Counted from the stretch's first letter, positions 19,426 to 28,990 are shown. The stretch is 40,880 bases of DNA from Chlamydiota bacterium (GCA_947494155.1 CANLTW010000012.1:1-40880), one strand, 5' to 3'. The notes: a model not told the origin generated them from the sequence alone. Program-made: numbers and translations.

Positions 19426-19544
19426 GGCACCTTGAATAAAGGTTCTTTTCTCATTTTGCTAAAGCGTAGGTCGTAATCCCTCCCCCTTTTTTTTGCTCAG
19501 GTATGGATCGTTTTAGAAAAAAATAGCCTGGTTGGGTAGACATC

Positions 19545-19553
19545 TGTTATAAT
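19545..19553 (+). promoter_or_regulatory. Extended -10 promoter element
   Basis: Perfect TGTTATAAT 38 nt before the ATG at 19592. Confidence 0.5.
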
Positions 19554-19591
19554 CAAAAAAAAGGATTCACCCCCTGATTTCTTGATTCCTT

Positions 19592-19975
19592 ATGGCTAGT
19601 GAGAGTCTTTTGAGACTTATCACTTGGTATAAAAATTTAATATTTATTCAAAGGGATCTATTTTTTTTCACTATGGCAATCCGCATTCGTCTAAAAGGTC
19701 CCTTAGACCTTAAAGCGCTGGTTCCCGAAAATTGGTTCATTAGTGACTTGATCAGCTATCTTCCTGAACTCCTTTCGATGGACGAAATCCCCCTTGTGTA
19801 CAAAAATCATAAAATTTTTGAGTTAGATTCTGAAGAAAAAGTCTGCTCCTATATCCAAAAAACTTTCGACTGCCATTTTGTTGAAAAAAAGGTTCTTTAC
19901 ACTCTGAAGATTGAAAAATTGGTTAATGCTCCCGAGGACATTCTCCTCCCTTTGAATCTTTATGCAAACCTCTAG
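19592..19975 (+). CDS. Hypothetical protein
   Basis: 127 aa ORF between a promoter and the overlapping MFS gene; start could be internal. Confidence 0.55.
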   Translation: MASESLLRLITWYKNLIFIQRDLFFFTMAIRIRLKGPLDLKALVPENWFISDLISYLPELLSMDEIPLVYKNHKIFELDSEEKVCSYIQKTFDCHFVEKKVLYTLKIEKLVNAPEDILLPLNLYANL

Positions 19976-21158
19976 CTCCCCCCGTTTTATCCGCCTTGCG
20001 CTTTTCTTCAACGGCTTTGAACATTTTCTTACCTCTTTAAAACTAATCTACACTCCCCTGATCCCTTTATTATTTTTCACTCAGGAGGACTATCTCACAG
20101 GTATCGGTTTCCTTTTTCAAATTTACCCTTTAGGTATTCTAGCAAAACCCCTTGGTTCCCTTTTTTTTCAATATATAGAAAAAAAAAGAGACCTCTCTTT
20201 TCTTTTGAAGATCTCCTACATTGGAACAGGTTCCGCCAGTCTAATGCTTGGTGTTATCTCATTTTTTTTCCCAAGTGTTTTGAAGGAAGCGCTAATTTTG
20301 GGGCGATTTTTTCAGTCTTTTTTTAGCGCAAGCGAAATTACCGGTGTAACTAAAGCTATTTTAGATAGGGTAGATTCCGAAGGAAAAAAAGGGATAAATA
20401 GTTGGATCTCCACCTCTTCCATGCTGGGGATTTGGTTTGCATTTTGTTTTGTCGGTTTTTTTGATCTTATAGGGTTATTAAAAATTTCATTTTCTATCAC
20501 TCACGCTTTTGGGTTTCTTTTGATCCTCGGCTCTTTTACTTTACCCCACCTAAGCAACCCCGAGAAAACCCGCTTGAGGACCCCTTTCTTTCAAAACTTA
20601 AAAAAAGCCCTTCCAATCATTATTTTTGCGGGCTTTTCAGCCTTCTGTTACAGCGCTTCGTTTTTAGCCATTCCCTGCTGCTCTTTTCATAAAAACACTC
20701 TTTTGTCTCAGACGTTCCTGATCTCTATCGACGTTTTATTGATTTGGGGTTTTGGAAAAACTCTTTTGCGATGGAAACAATCGGATCTATTAAAAGGTGC
20801 ATTGGCTATCGGGGGATTTTTTCCCCTGCTTTGGCTCTGGTTTGCCCCGCCTTCCACGGACCCTTTTTTTCTGCAGCTTTTTTTAATTCTGGTAGGGTGT
20901 ATGTTCAGCGCCCCCCTTTACCCCTATCTTTACCATAAAAGTTGTGGAGAAAACCAATTTGCTCTTCTTTCCTGGAGTATCCTGATCGGATCCCAGATAT
21001 TTGGCTCATTGACCCCTTTTGCAGTTTACCAGATGCAATTGTTTATCCCTTTAGAAACAGCCCTCTTGACCCTCACCTGTTTTTTGAGTTTGACTACTCT
21101 TCTTTTTCTTACGAAGGAAAAAGAAGAGAAGGGTTTAGCCTTAGAGAATATTTCTTAG
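19962..21158 (+). CDS. Diverged MFS transporter (MHS/ProP-like)
   Basis: About 12 TM segments; LAKPLGSLFF and LGRFFQSFFSASE resemble MHS motifs RPLGxxxF and RxxQGxxxGGE. Confidence 0.75.
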   Translation: MQTSSSPRFIRLALFFNGFEHFLTSLKLIYTPLIPLLFFTQEDYLTGIGFLFQIYPLGILAKPLGSLFFQYIEKKRDLSFLLKISYIGTGSASLMLGVISFFFPSVLKEALILGRFFQSFFSASEITGVTKAILDRVDSEGKKGINSWISTSSMLGIWFAFCFVGFFDLIGLLKISFSITHAFGFLLILGSFTLPHLSNPEKTRLRTPFFQNLKKALPIIIFAGFSAFCYSASFLAIPCCSFHKNTLLSQTFLISIDVLLIWGFGKTLLRWKQSDLLKGALAIGGFFPLLWLWFAPPSTDPFFLQLFLILVGCMFSAPLYPYLYHKSCGENQFALLSWSILIGSQIFGSLTPFAVYQMQLFIPLETALLTLTCFLSLTTLLFLTKEKEEKGLALENIS

Positions 21159-22171
21159 AAAAGCTGAGTATAGGACAGTATACCTGAGGCGTAGCTTCCG
21201 CTATTTCTCCCCGCAAAAGAGAACCAAACACCCGCTATCAAACCCCCGGAATCTGCAACGTTATATTCAATAGCAGGGGCAAAGGAAAAGTTATTCGACG
21301 AAGGGAGCCCGACAGGATAGGGTAAACCATTTGCATCCAAACCGGCTGTGCCACCAGATAGGGTTGTTCTTCCGGATGTAGTATAAACAAAGTCTAAGGC
21401 AAAGACCCAACTTTCGGTTAAGCTCACCTCGTAACCTATGTCCAAATTATAGGTAGGTCTTACTTTAACGGTTGCATTTGTGGTTGTTCCTCCACCGTAA
21501 GAATTTAAACCATACACCTTTGCTTTGTCGGTTGGAAATTGCAAATTTGTGGCTAGCCTCAAACGCATAGGGTGTAAAGGCATCCACCAGAGTGTTTTCC
21601 CCATATTCAGACCAATAACGCTCTGGAAGACCCCTTTCCCGCTAGCATCTAAGATAGAATAGAGCCTATCATATGCGCCTGTTGGAAAAACTTCTGTATA
21701 GAGGAGCCTAATACCTGGAATGTAGGGAGTCTCATTATATAGTTGAAAACCCAAAACTACGTTCAAGTCATTGAGCCCTCCGCCACTGTCACCTTGAAAA
21801 AATCTAAAGGTTCCTTGTGGCTGGATCGTAATGTCAAGCCATTCTGTGATGCCCGCTTGAAAAACGAGTAGTGGGTTCACGGTAAACTCGTTGGGAGTAT
21901 TTACATAATGGCCGTTGTTGTCATAGATCCCGTAATTAGTATTCAAAGTGAGGTAGGGTTGTAGGTTGAACTTACCCTTTGGGACGTTTTTAGCCGAGCC
22001 AGTAATCAAAGGACCGGTATACCAGGGTATAAACATCTTCTCAGCGATTTCAAAATCTGTTTGGGCCTGATCCACCTCTTGTTGAACTTGCTGGGGAGAC
22101 TTTAATTCTGCTGCGCCTAATGAGACTGCTGTGCAAAAAATAATAGTGGAAAAAAACTTATTGTAGAACAT
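21155..22171 (-). CDS. Putative outer-membrane beta-barrel channel (phenol-degradation MetA/SphA-like)
   Basis: Signal peptide, PWYTGPL, GLNDL, FPTGAYD, FAPAIEYN, terminal Phe (SYTQLF). Confidence 0.65.
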   Translation of the reverse strand: MFYNKFFSTIIFCTAVSLGAAELKSPQQVQQEVDQAQTDFEIAEKMFIPWYTGPLITGSAKNVPKGKFNLQPYLTLNTNYGIYDNNGHYVNTPNEFTVNPLLVFQAGITEWLDITIQPQGTFRFFQGDSGGGLNDLNVVLGFQLYNETPYIPGIRLLYTEVFPTGAYDRLYSILDASGKGVFQSVIGLNMGKTLWWMPLHPMRLRLATNLQFPTDKAKVYGLNSYGGGTTTNATVKVRPTYNLDIGYEVSLTESWVFALDFVYTTSGRTTLSGGTAGLDANGLPYPVGLPSSNNFSFAPAIEYNVADSGGLIAGVWFSFAGRNSGSYASGILSYTQLF

Positions 22172-22231
22172 ATTGCCCTAATTTTTTTTTGATGTTATGG
22201 GAAAGATAATTAAAAAGGTAGAAAAAATTTT

Positions 22232-22546
22232 ATGGAAATTCGACCAAACCAGCCTGTACAACCCTCCTATAAACAGGAGTTTAAAGATAGCGTGGAAATT
22301 TACGACAAAAGTTTCCGTGGAGCTATGCAATCCAATTTTGATCCTCAAAAGCAACAATATTATAAAGCTATGAAAGAATCTCTAGAAGCTATGCAAGATT
22401 CTGCTAACGGGATGGTGAACCAACAACTAGTCGATCTCAAAAAAAAATTAGCAAACGATACGCAAATTTATATTAAAAACCCCTCGGTTGAGACCCAAAA
22501 GCAGATCGAAGAAGATCTAAAAGAGATTCGCAATGCCGAGGGCTAA
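22232..22546 (+). CDS. Small helical hypothetical protein
   Basis: 104 aa, Q/K/E-rich helical composition, own intergenic region. Confidence 0.7.
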   Translation: MEIRPNQPVQPSYKQEFKDSVEIYDKSFRGAMQSNFDPQKQQYYKAMKESLEAMQDSANGMVNQQLVDLKKKLANDTQIYIKNPSVETQKQIEEDLKEIRNAEG

Positions 22547-22624
22547 AAGTTTATGCCCGATTTTGCATTTGCCCACTACTGGCGTATTTCCCCCTCCTGT
22601 CGTAAATTTTTCTAGGTAATTATT

Positions 22625-23632
22625 GTGAAGATTTTGATAGGAACCGATACCACGCCTGACCTTTTTTCAGGGGCTACTACCCAGCTGAACTCGACGGTCG
22701 AGGGGCTAAAAGCTTTAGGCCATGAAATTCTGCTCATAGATCCTCTCGATTTTTATTCGGTAACTGCAAAAAAGATCCACGAGGGTTTCCATTTTGCCCT
22801 CTGGCCAAAAAAGGGGCTCGATCAGAAGATCAAACAATTCCAACCCGATGCAGTCCATATCTACACCGAGTGCGGTGTCGGGATCTATTTGCGACATTTT
22901 TGCAAAAAAATGGGGTGGAAATTTACCACCTCCTATCTGACTCGGCTTGACCTGATTTTAAAGCAACGGTACGGCCTGCCTCCATTTTTTATAAATAGAT
23001 TTATGAAGTGGTTTCATCAGGGGATTGCCACTATGACCGTTTCCGTTGGGATTAAGAATTTTTTATCCTCTCTAGGTTGTAAGCATCCGATCAAAATATG
23101 GCACCCGGGAGTACATACTGAGCGGTTTCACTTCAATCCCCAAAAAAAACTCGATCAAAAACACCCAAAATATGTCTATTTTGGTCGCATCGATAAGGAA
23201 AAAAATCTAGAGGCTTTTTTAGATTTAGACCTCCCTGGAGAAAAATGGCTGATCGGGAGTGGTGGAGAGTTCCTCCATCTTAAGGGATTGTATCAGGACC
23301 GCTGTACATTTTTCGAGGTTCATTCTCAAAAAGAGATCGATGCGATGATTCAAAAATGTGATGTTTTGGTTTTCCCGAGCCGATTTGATACTTTCGGGAT
23401 CGTGATTGTCGAGGCTATGGCGGCAGGTCTTCCATGCGCCTCTTTTGAGGAGGCAGGGCCAAAAGAGATCATTACACAGAATGTCTCGGGGTTCATGGAT
23501 AAAGATCTGAAAAAAGCGTGTCTAGCGGCTCTAAATCTAGATCCAAAAAACTGCCATAAAGAGGCTGAGAGGTTTTCGATCAAAGAGAGCGTCGAAAAAT
23601 TTGTCTTCAATTTAGAGCCCATGGACAGATGA
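22625..23632 (+). CDS. Glycosyltransferase family 4 (GT-B)
   Basis: GTG start; PDAVHI, FGRIDKEKN, VFPSRFDTFGIVIVEAMAAGLP. Confidence 0.92.
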   Translation: MKILIGTDTTPDLFSGATTQLNSTVEGLKALGHEILLIDPLDFYSVTAKKIHEGFHFALWPKKGLDQKIKQFQPDAVHIYTECGVGIYLRHFCKKMGWKFTTSYLTRLDLILKQRYGLPPFFINRFMKWFHQGIATMTVSVGIKNFLSSLGCKHPIKIWHPGVHTERFHFNPQKKLDQKHPKYVYFGRIDKEKNLEAFLDLDLPGEKWLIGSGGEFLHLKGLYQDRCTFFEVHSQKEIDAMIQKCDVLVFPSRFDTFGIVIVEAMAAGLPCASFEEAGPKEIITQNVSGFMDKDLKKACLAALNLDPKNCHKEAERFSIKESVEKFVFNLEPMDR

Positions 23633-23638
23633 TCTCTT

Positions 23639-23683
23639 GGGGGGAAACTCCTGCTTTGCCCCCCCCTAGCTTAAATGCTAGGG
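23639..23683. terminator. Hairpin(s) between convergent genes, possible bidirectional terminator
   Basis: CCCTAGC-ttaaat-GCTAGGG (23664-23683) and an overlapping G6...C8 stem (23639-23666); no clear U-tract. Confidence 0.4.
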
Positions 23684-23700
23684 AGAAGTGTAATTCTTGA

Positions 23701-24285
23701 TTAAAGAACCTGTGCAACCAAAATATTTTCCCTGTAGCGACCGTCGAAGCCCCCATCGATAAATTTTATAGAGTAGCTTGGGTTAATCTCAAAAATTTTC
23801 ATTTTGATCTGCTCTATCGTGGCTCCGTCAAAAAGATAGCCCCCCGAAAGATCCATATCATCAATCAAAATTTTGTGATTTTTAATAGGATGCTGTTTGA
23901 TTTGTTCGAGCTCTTCAAGCAACGGGGAATTACGTATCCAGGGATTTTCCCTATTTTCGCAGACATTGTGTGCATCCAACCAAAAAGTAATCGGCTCATG
24001 AATCTTTTCTATCAAAGCTCTTAAAATATAAGCCGAATCGCCATGAAAGAGTTTTACATTAGGATATTTACGAAATTTAACCGTCAGTTTAGAAAAAAAT
24101 GGAAAGTAATTCTCCACAGAATAGACCTCGTCAAACCCGGCCTCTAAAGCTTTTTTGATACCCTCACCTTTGTAAGATCCCGTCTCAACAAAAACGCGAT
24201 TTTTATAAGGGTGGAACCCCTGCGGCCCAATACTGGAAAATAAACTAGAAACAATCGAACAATAAATTAAACTATTTCGAAACAA
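23701..24285 (-). CDS. Class I SAM-dependent methyltransferase-like protein
   Basis: TTG start with GAGGAGG SD; FVETGSYKGEG, FHGDS, FWLDAH, ILIDD. Confidence 0.7.
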   Translation of the reverse strand: MFRNSLIYCSIVSSLFSSIGPQGFHPYKNRVFVETGSYKGEGIKKALEAGFDEVYSVENYFPFFSKLTVKFRKYPNVKLFHGDSAYILRALIEKIHEPITFWLDAHNVCENRENPWIRNSPLLEELEQIKQHPIKNHKILIDDMDLSGGYLFDGATIEQIKMKIFEINPSYSIKFIDGGFDGRYRENILVAQVL

Positions 24286-24417
24286 ACAAGCCTCCTCGAA
24301 ATCTCATTTATTCAATTTTCTTTTTTGAATGAAAATAACGCAATTGAATTTTGAAAAGAGAAAATAAAGAAAGGGACTTGGTTGCAGAGGCTGTATAAGA
24401 TCTAGATTAAGAAGTAT

Positions 24418-24499
24418 TGGGGAGGGTGGGACTCGAACCCACGGAGACCAAGGTCGACGGATTTACAGTCCATTGCAATTGCCACTATGCGACCTCCCC
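24418..24499 (-). tRNA. tRNA-Tyr(GTA)
   Basis: Acceptor GGGGAGG/CCTCCCC, anticodon loop CTGTAAA, long variable arm, GGTTCGAGTCC T-arm; no CCA. Confidence 0.95.
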
Positions 24500-24509
24500 G
24501 GAAAGTATT

Positions 24510-24582
24510 TGCCGCCGAAAGGAATTGAACCCTCAACCATCCGATTACAAGTCGGGCGCTCTACCAATTGAGCTACAGCGGC
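24510..24582 (-). tRNA. tRNA-Thr(TGT)
   Basis: GCCGCTG/CGGCGGC acceptor, loop CTTGTAA, GGTTCAATTCC; no CCA. Confidence 0.95.
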
Positions 24583-24603
24583 AAAATATACCTCGATAGA
24601 CTA

Positions 24604-24816
24604 TCACTTATCTCTATTTTCGGACAACTCTTTTTCTTTTAAGTCCTTAGGTTGATTAGCCACTTGGATTCGACCCATTAAGGCTGCCATCTTAGAGTCT
24701 TGGCGAATTACCTCAGCTTTATATTTTTGCATCCCCGTCTTAAGGGCACAGCATTTTTTGTATTTCAACCCGGATCCACAAGGGCAAGGGTCGTTTCTTT
24801 GAACTTTTTGATTCAT
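24604..24816 (-). CDS. SEC-C metal-binding domain protein
   Basis: [17 protein letters not shown]. Confidence 0.9.
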   Translation of the reverse strand: MNQKVQRNDPCPCGSGLKYKKCCALKTGMQKYKAEVIRQDSKMAALMGRIQVANQPKDLKEKELSENRDK

Positions 24817-24952
24817 GCTTGCTATTACTACCTAAAAAAGTTAAAATATCCCGAAATAATTTATCTAAAGCAGGGCTCTCTCCCTCTTAATAAATGTTTT
24901 GAATATAAAATAAATTAAAATTTTTCACTAAGATACAAACTTATCGAGAAAA

Positions 24953-25747
24953 ATGCAACGACCGATTGCAACACCCCCCTGGACCCAGTCAGGCCGACTC
25001 ATTGAAAGCCTGATTCGCAAAGCTGTAGGAGATTTTGGACTTTTATCGAATGAGACCAAGATTGGGGTTGCCCTGAGTGGTGGGAAAGACTCGATGACCC
25101 TCCTTTATATGCTTAAGGCGATCAGTGGAAAGGGGCTCCCCCCTTTCTCCTTAGAGGCCTTCCATGTGACAGGCGCCTTCTCTTGCGGAGCCTCCTTGGC
25201 TGAAAACGCCCTTAAAAAAGCTTGCGATGCACTAGAGGTGCCTCTTCACATCCTCCAATCCACTCAAACGTTGGAAAAACTGGAATGTTATAGCTGCTCC
25301 AGAGAGAGGCGCAAGCTCCTTTTTAACAAGGCCCTGGAAAGGGGGATCACCACCCTGGCGTTTGGTCACCATAAAGAGGACAATGTCCAAACCCTTTTAA
25401 TGAATCTTCTCCATACAGCCTCCTTTGAAGGGATGCTCCCCAAAGTTCCGATGCACCGTTACGGAGTGACGATCATTCGCCCCCTCATTTTAGTGAGTGA
25501 AAAAGAGATACTCTCGTTCTCTGAACAATATGGATTTTTGCGCATCATGTGCCAGTGCCCCGTAGGACAGCAATCCAAAAGGCGCTCTGTAAAAGATCTT
25601 TTAAAAGATCTTCAAAAAGAGTTTCCCAATGCAGTAAACAATCTCAGTGAAGCATCTTTCAAATTCGGCACTAAAAAAGCGCTCTCTTTAGATCTTCTTG
25701 AGGGGCTACCGCCCCTTGGGGTGGTCTCTCTACCCCAATTAAATTAA
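24953..25747 (+). CDS. ttcA: tRNA 2-thiocytidine synthetase TtcA-like PP-loop ATPase
   Basis: SGGKDS, CYSCSRERR, GHHKED, IIRPL, CQCP. Confidence 0.88.
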   Translation: MQRPIATPPWTQSGRLIESLIRKAVGDFGLLSNETKIGVALSGGKDSMTLLYMLKAISGKGLPPFSLEAFHVTGAFSCGASLAENALKKACDALEVPLHILQSTQTLEKLECYSCSRERRKLLFNKALERGITTLAFGHHKEDNVQTLLMNLLHTASFEGMLPKVPMHRYGVTIIRPLILVSEKEILSFSEQYGFLRIMCQCPVGQQSKRRSVKDLLKDLQKEFPNAVNNLSEASFKFGTKKALSLDLLEGLPPLGVVSLPQLN

Positions 25748-25821
25748 CCCAACTTTGAGATCCCCGTTTTCGAGAAAAACCCTACCTAAATAATTTTTGC
25801 ATCCCCTATTATAGTTGAATT

Positions 25822-27252
25822 ATGAATCTTTTTTCCTTAGAAGTTTTAGCTTTGTGCCTCTATCTAGTTGCTCTGTTTGGGGTGGCAATTTTTTCCTATA
25901 AAAAAACGCAAAACTCCTCCGACTTCATCATCGGGGGCAGAAAAATGCATTTTTTTGTGACTGCTTTAGCAGCCCATGCAAGCGATATGAGCAGCTGGAT
26001 TTTTTTAGGATACCCTGCGCAAGTCTATACTTTTGGTTTAAAAAGCTCCTGGGTAGCCATTGGATTGATTCTTTTTATGTATTTGAACTGGCAATTCATA
26101 GCCCAGAAACTTCGGCAAAAAACGGCACACTACGAGAGCTTGACTCTGTTTTCTTTTTTTGAGAGCGTCGCCAAAGATACTACTGGTTTTACTCGGGTTC
26201 TTACCGGATTAATGTCTCTGATTTTCTATTCGGTTTACATCTCAGCCGGTTTAATGGGTCTAGGACTTTTATTACAAAATTTGGTGACAATCCCCTACTT
26301 TATTGCGATTGTATTTGGAATCTTGATCGTCATCCCATTTTTACTTTTAGGGGGATTCGTCACACTGGCCTGGACCGATCTTGTTCAAGGTTTATTCCTT
26401 CTTTTTGTGATTGTTTTGGTCCCTTTTTTAAGCTGGCTCCACCTCCCCTCAAGCGTCTCATTAGAGACTCTTTCTTTGGATCTCAAGCAGTTTATTCCCA
26501 CCTCGACTAGCGGACTTATGGAGGCTCTTCTTTTAATGTTTAGCTGGGGTCTAGGATACTTTGGCCAACCCCATATTCTCACTAAATTTATGGGAATTAA
26601 CGATCCAAAAGAGATCCCGAAATCGATGGTTGTGGGGATGACCTGGCAAACGATCACCCTTTTTGCTGCGACTACTATAGGTTTAGTGGGAGGATTGACT
26701 TTTTCTAAGCTCGCAAACCCGGAGCTTTTGTTCATAGAATTATCGAAAGAGACCCTCTCCCCTTTTCTTTTAGGTCTTGTCCTTTCAGCTATAATAGGGG
26801 TTACAATTACCTCCATGGGGGCCCAAATTCTCGTAGTGGTCTCCACTTTAGCAGAAGATTTCTATAAAAAAATGTTTCATAAAGAGGCGACAAATCAGCA
26901 GGTGCTGATTGTTTCCAGATACTCCACACTTTTTGTTGCCCTGATTGCGATTACGATAGCCTCTTTTCAACCTGCTAGCCTGTTCGATTTGGTATCTTAC
27001 GCCTGGTTTGGTCTCGGAGCCTCTTTTGGACCTCTTGTTATCGCAAGTCTTATGAAAAAGCACCTGCATCGCTATAGCGCTTGGGCCGGTATTCTCACCG
27101 GAGGCTTGGTGAGTGGCTCTTTTCCAGCGCTAAACCTTTTTCTTGGCACGTCATTTCCCCCTTTAATTCCAGGTTTTTGCCTAAGCCTGATTGCCATTTT
27201 CCTCATCGATTTCTTCATAAGAACCCAAGATACAAAGTTGAGATCTGGTTAA
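25822..27252 (+). CDS. putP: Sodium/proline symporter (SSS family)
   Basis: ALAAHASDMSSW, WTDLVQG, WGLGYFGQPHIL, AWFGLGASFGP. Confidence 0.92.
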   Translation: MNLFSLEVLALCLYLVALFGVAIFSYKKTQNSSDFIIGGRKMHFFVTALAAHASDMSSWIFLGYPAQVYTFGLKSSWVAIGLILFMYLNWQFIAQKLRQKTAHYESLTLFSFFESVAKDTTGFTRVLTGLMSLIFYSVYISAGLMGLGLLLQNLVTIPYFIAIVFGILIVIPFLLLGGFVTLAWTDLVQGLFLLFVIVLVPFLSWLHLPSSVSLETLSLDLKQFIPTSTSGLMEALLLMFSWGLGYFGQPHILTKFMGINDPKEIPKSMVVGMTWQTITLFAATTIGLVGGLTFSKLANPELLFIELSKETLSPFLLGLVLSAIIGVTITSMGAQILVVVSTLAEDFYKKMFHKEATNQQVLIVSRYSTLFVALIAITIASFQPASLFDLVSYAWFGLGASFGPLVIASLMKKHLHRYSAWAGILTGGLVSGSFPALNLFLGTSFPPLIPGFCLSLIAIFLIDFFIRTQDTKLRSG

Positions 27253-27253
27253 C

Positions 27254-27697
27254 CTACCTAAGCACTCGATGCCCCTTTTTCTCCAACAGGGAAAAAGGGT
27301 CCTGCCGTTGATGCTTGCGATCATAAGCGTCCAAAAAATGGAGTGCCTCTCTTTGACAGGTTTGAAGAATTTCCTTACAACCCTCAATAGATAGAATTCT
27401 ATAGACTTCGGTCTGTAAACTTTTGCACTCATGGAGGCTCATGGAGAAATCGCCGTTGTAGCCCTTAGCCCGTCTACTTGCATCGGCCTCGCAAAGAGAA
27501 ATCACAAAAAGATGAAATAGATTCTTTAATCGATCCTGTTTTTCTTCAAGGGTCTCTTTAGAGTTTACCCCTTTGAGCTCTAAAAAGATTGAATGAGCTC
27601 TAGACTCCACCTCGGCAGCCTTTTTTTCCCAGTCGTCTTGAGAGCATGAGGCCAAAAAAAAGGAGACACAACAAAGTGAAGAAAAAAAACGCTTCAT
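27254..27697 (-). CDS. Hypothetical lipoprotein (start moved to ATG 27697)
   Basis: MKRFF...FFLASC lipobox followed by a helical domain. Confidence 0.75.
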   Translation of the reverse strand: MKRFFSSLCCVSFFLASCSQDDWEKKAAEVESRAHSIFLELKGVNSKETLEEKQDRLKNLFHLFVISLCEADASRRAKGYNGDFSMSLHECKSLQTEVYRILSIEGCKEILQTCQREALHFLDAYDRKHQRQDPFSLLEKKGHRVLR

Positions 27698-27914
27698 GAA
27701 AGTATATCCAAAATACAAGAGGGAATGGGTTTTTTGCAAAGGTTAACTCGTTTTTAAAACCTCTATAAATTACTGAAATACAGGTATTTAAATTAGCTTT
27801 TTTGGGGATTCACATAAAGGATTTATCCCCTTTTTGTTCACTCACTCACTTTTTAATGCTTTAAATCCTTGATTGTAATTCACAAACGTGTTAATTTGTT
27901 CACATTCCAAATGG

Positions 27915-27987
27915 GGGCACATAGCTCAGTTGGTAGAGCGCTTGCCTTACAAGCAAGTGGTCGTAGGTTCGAGTCCTGCTGTGCCCA
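27915..27987 (+). tRNA. tRNA-Val(TAC)
   Basis: GGGCACA/TGTGCCC acceptor, CTTGC-CTTACAA-GCAAG anticodon arm, GGTTCGAGTCC. Confidence 0.96.
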
Positions 27988-27997
27988 ATCCCATTGT

Positions 27998-28071
27998 GGG
28001 GGAGTAGTTCAATCGGTTAGAGCACTTGCCTGTCACGCAAGAAGTTGCGGGTTCGAGTCCCGTCTCTCCCG
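27998..28071 (+). tRNA. tRNA-Asp(GTC)
   Basis: GGGGGAG/CTCTCCC acceptor, CTTGC-CTGTCAC-GCAAG arm, G discriminator. Confidence 0.96.
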
Positions 28072-28078
28072 TTATATT

Positions 28079-28990
28079 ATGGCTGTAGCAATGATCAAAT
28101 CAAGATCTTTATACCAGCTTGCCATCAGCACAATTATGATGGTCATCGGTGCTTTTGTTGCAGCTTTTGCAATCCAAGTTTTTTTAGTTCCCGCCCACTT
28201 GATTGACGGCGGCGTGATTGGTGTGGCCCTTATTTTGGGTCGGCTTTTTGATGAGTCTCTTATTCCCCTGTATATCATTTTACTTAACGCCCCTTTTGTC
28301 ATCTTAGCTTCTAAATTTATCCGACGCACATTTGTGGTGCAGATGATTGTAGCCGTCCTCCTTTTTGCCCTCTTTTTAACTCTTTGCAGCCAATTTCCTC
28401 CGTTTATAGGGGATGTTCTGGAGATTATTGTTGTCGGCGGTGCTCTGTTAGGCGTGGGGGCTGGTCTAATCATAAGGAGCGGTAGTTGCACTGATGGAAC
28501 AGAGATTTTAGGGATCATCATCAATAAGAAGATGGGTTTTACCGTCGGCCAAGTCGTTCTTTTTATTAATGTGTTTATTTTTGCAGCTTATGGTCTGATT
28601 TTCCAGGACTGGCATATTGCACTCAGATCTCTTTTGACCTACGTTGTGGCGTTTAAGATGATCGACCTTGTGATCACAGGACTTGATGAATTGAAACAGG
28701 TGATGATCATCTCCTCTAAGCCTCAAGAGATTTGCGACATTATCTTAAGCGAACTTGGGCTTGGACTCACCGTTCTTTATGGTCGTGGTGGTTTCTCCAA
28801 AACTAACCGCGAAATTCTACTCGTAGTTGTAGAGCGTCTCGATCTAGCCGATTTGAAAGAGCTTGTTTTGTCTGTGGATCCAGAGGCTATCCTCACGATT
28901 CAGGATCTGCACGAGTTTGTCTCCGGCAGATCTCCAAAAAAGATAAAATCAAAAAATCACAACAAACTACACATCCTCTCCCAAGATTAA
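28079..28990 (+). CDS. YitT/YqfU-family membrane protein (start moved downstream of the tRNAs; 28091 is an alternative)
   Basis: LIDGGVIG, LNAPF, GSCTDGTE, LYGRGGFS, VDPEA. Confidence 0.9.
   Translation: MAVAMIKSRSLYQLAISTIMMVIGAFVAAFAIQVFLVPAHLIDGGVIGVALILGRLFDESLIPLYIILLNAPFVILASKFIRRTFVVQMIVAVLLFALFLTLCSQFPPFIGDVLEIIVVGGALLGVGAGLIIRSGSCTDGTEILGIIINKKMGFTVGQVVLFINVFIFAAYGLIFQDWHIALRSLLTYVVAFKMIDLVITGLDELKQVMIISSKPQEICDIILSELGLGLTVLYGRGGFSKTNREILLVVVERLDLADLKELVLSVDPEAILTIQDLHEFVSGRSPKKIKSKNHNKLHILSQD

Noticed and set aside
23637..24440. Integrative element at tRNA-Tyr
   Set aside because: No convincing duplicate of the tRNA 3' end and no integrase
24417..24599. 60-aa plus-strand ORF
   Set aside because: Antisense to tRNA-Tyr and tRNA-Thr
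27869..28078. N-terminal extension of yitT in the ORF track
   Set aside because: It reads through tRNA-Val and tRNA-Asp; the YitT-like sequence begins only after 28079
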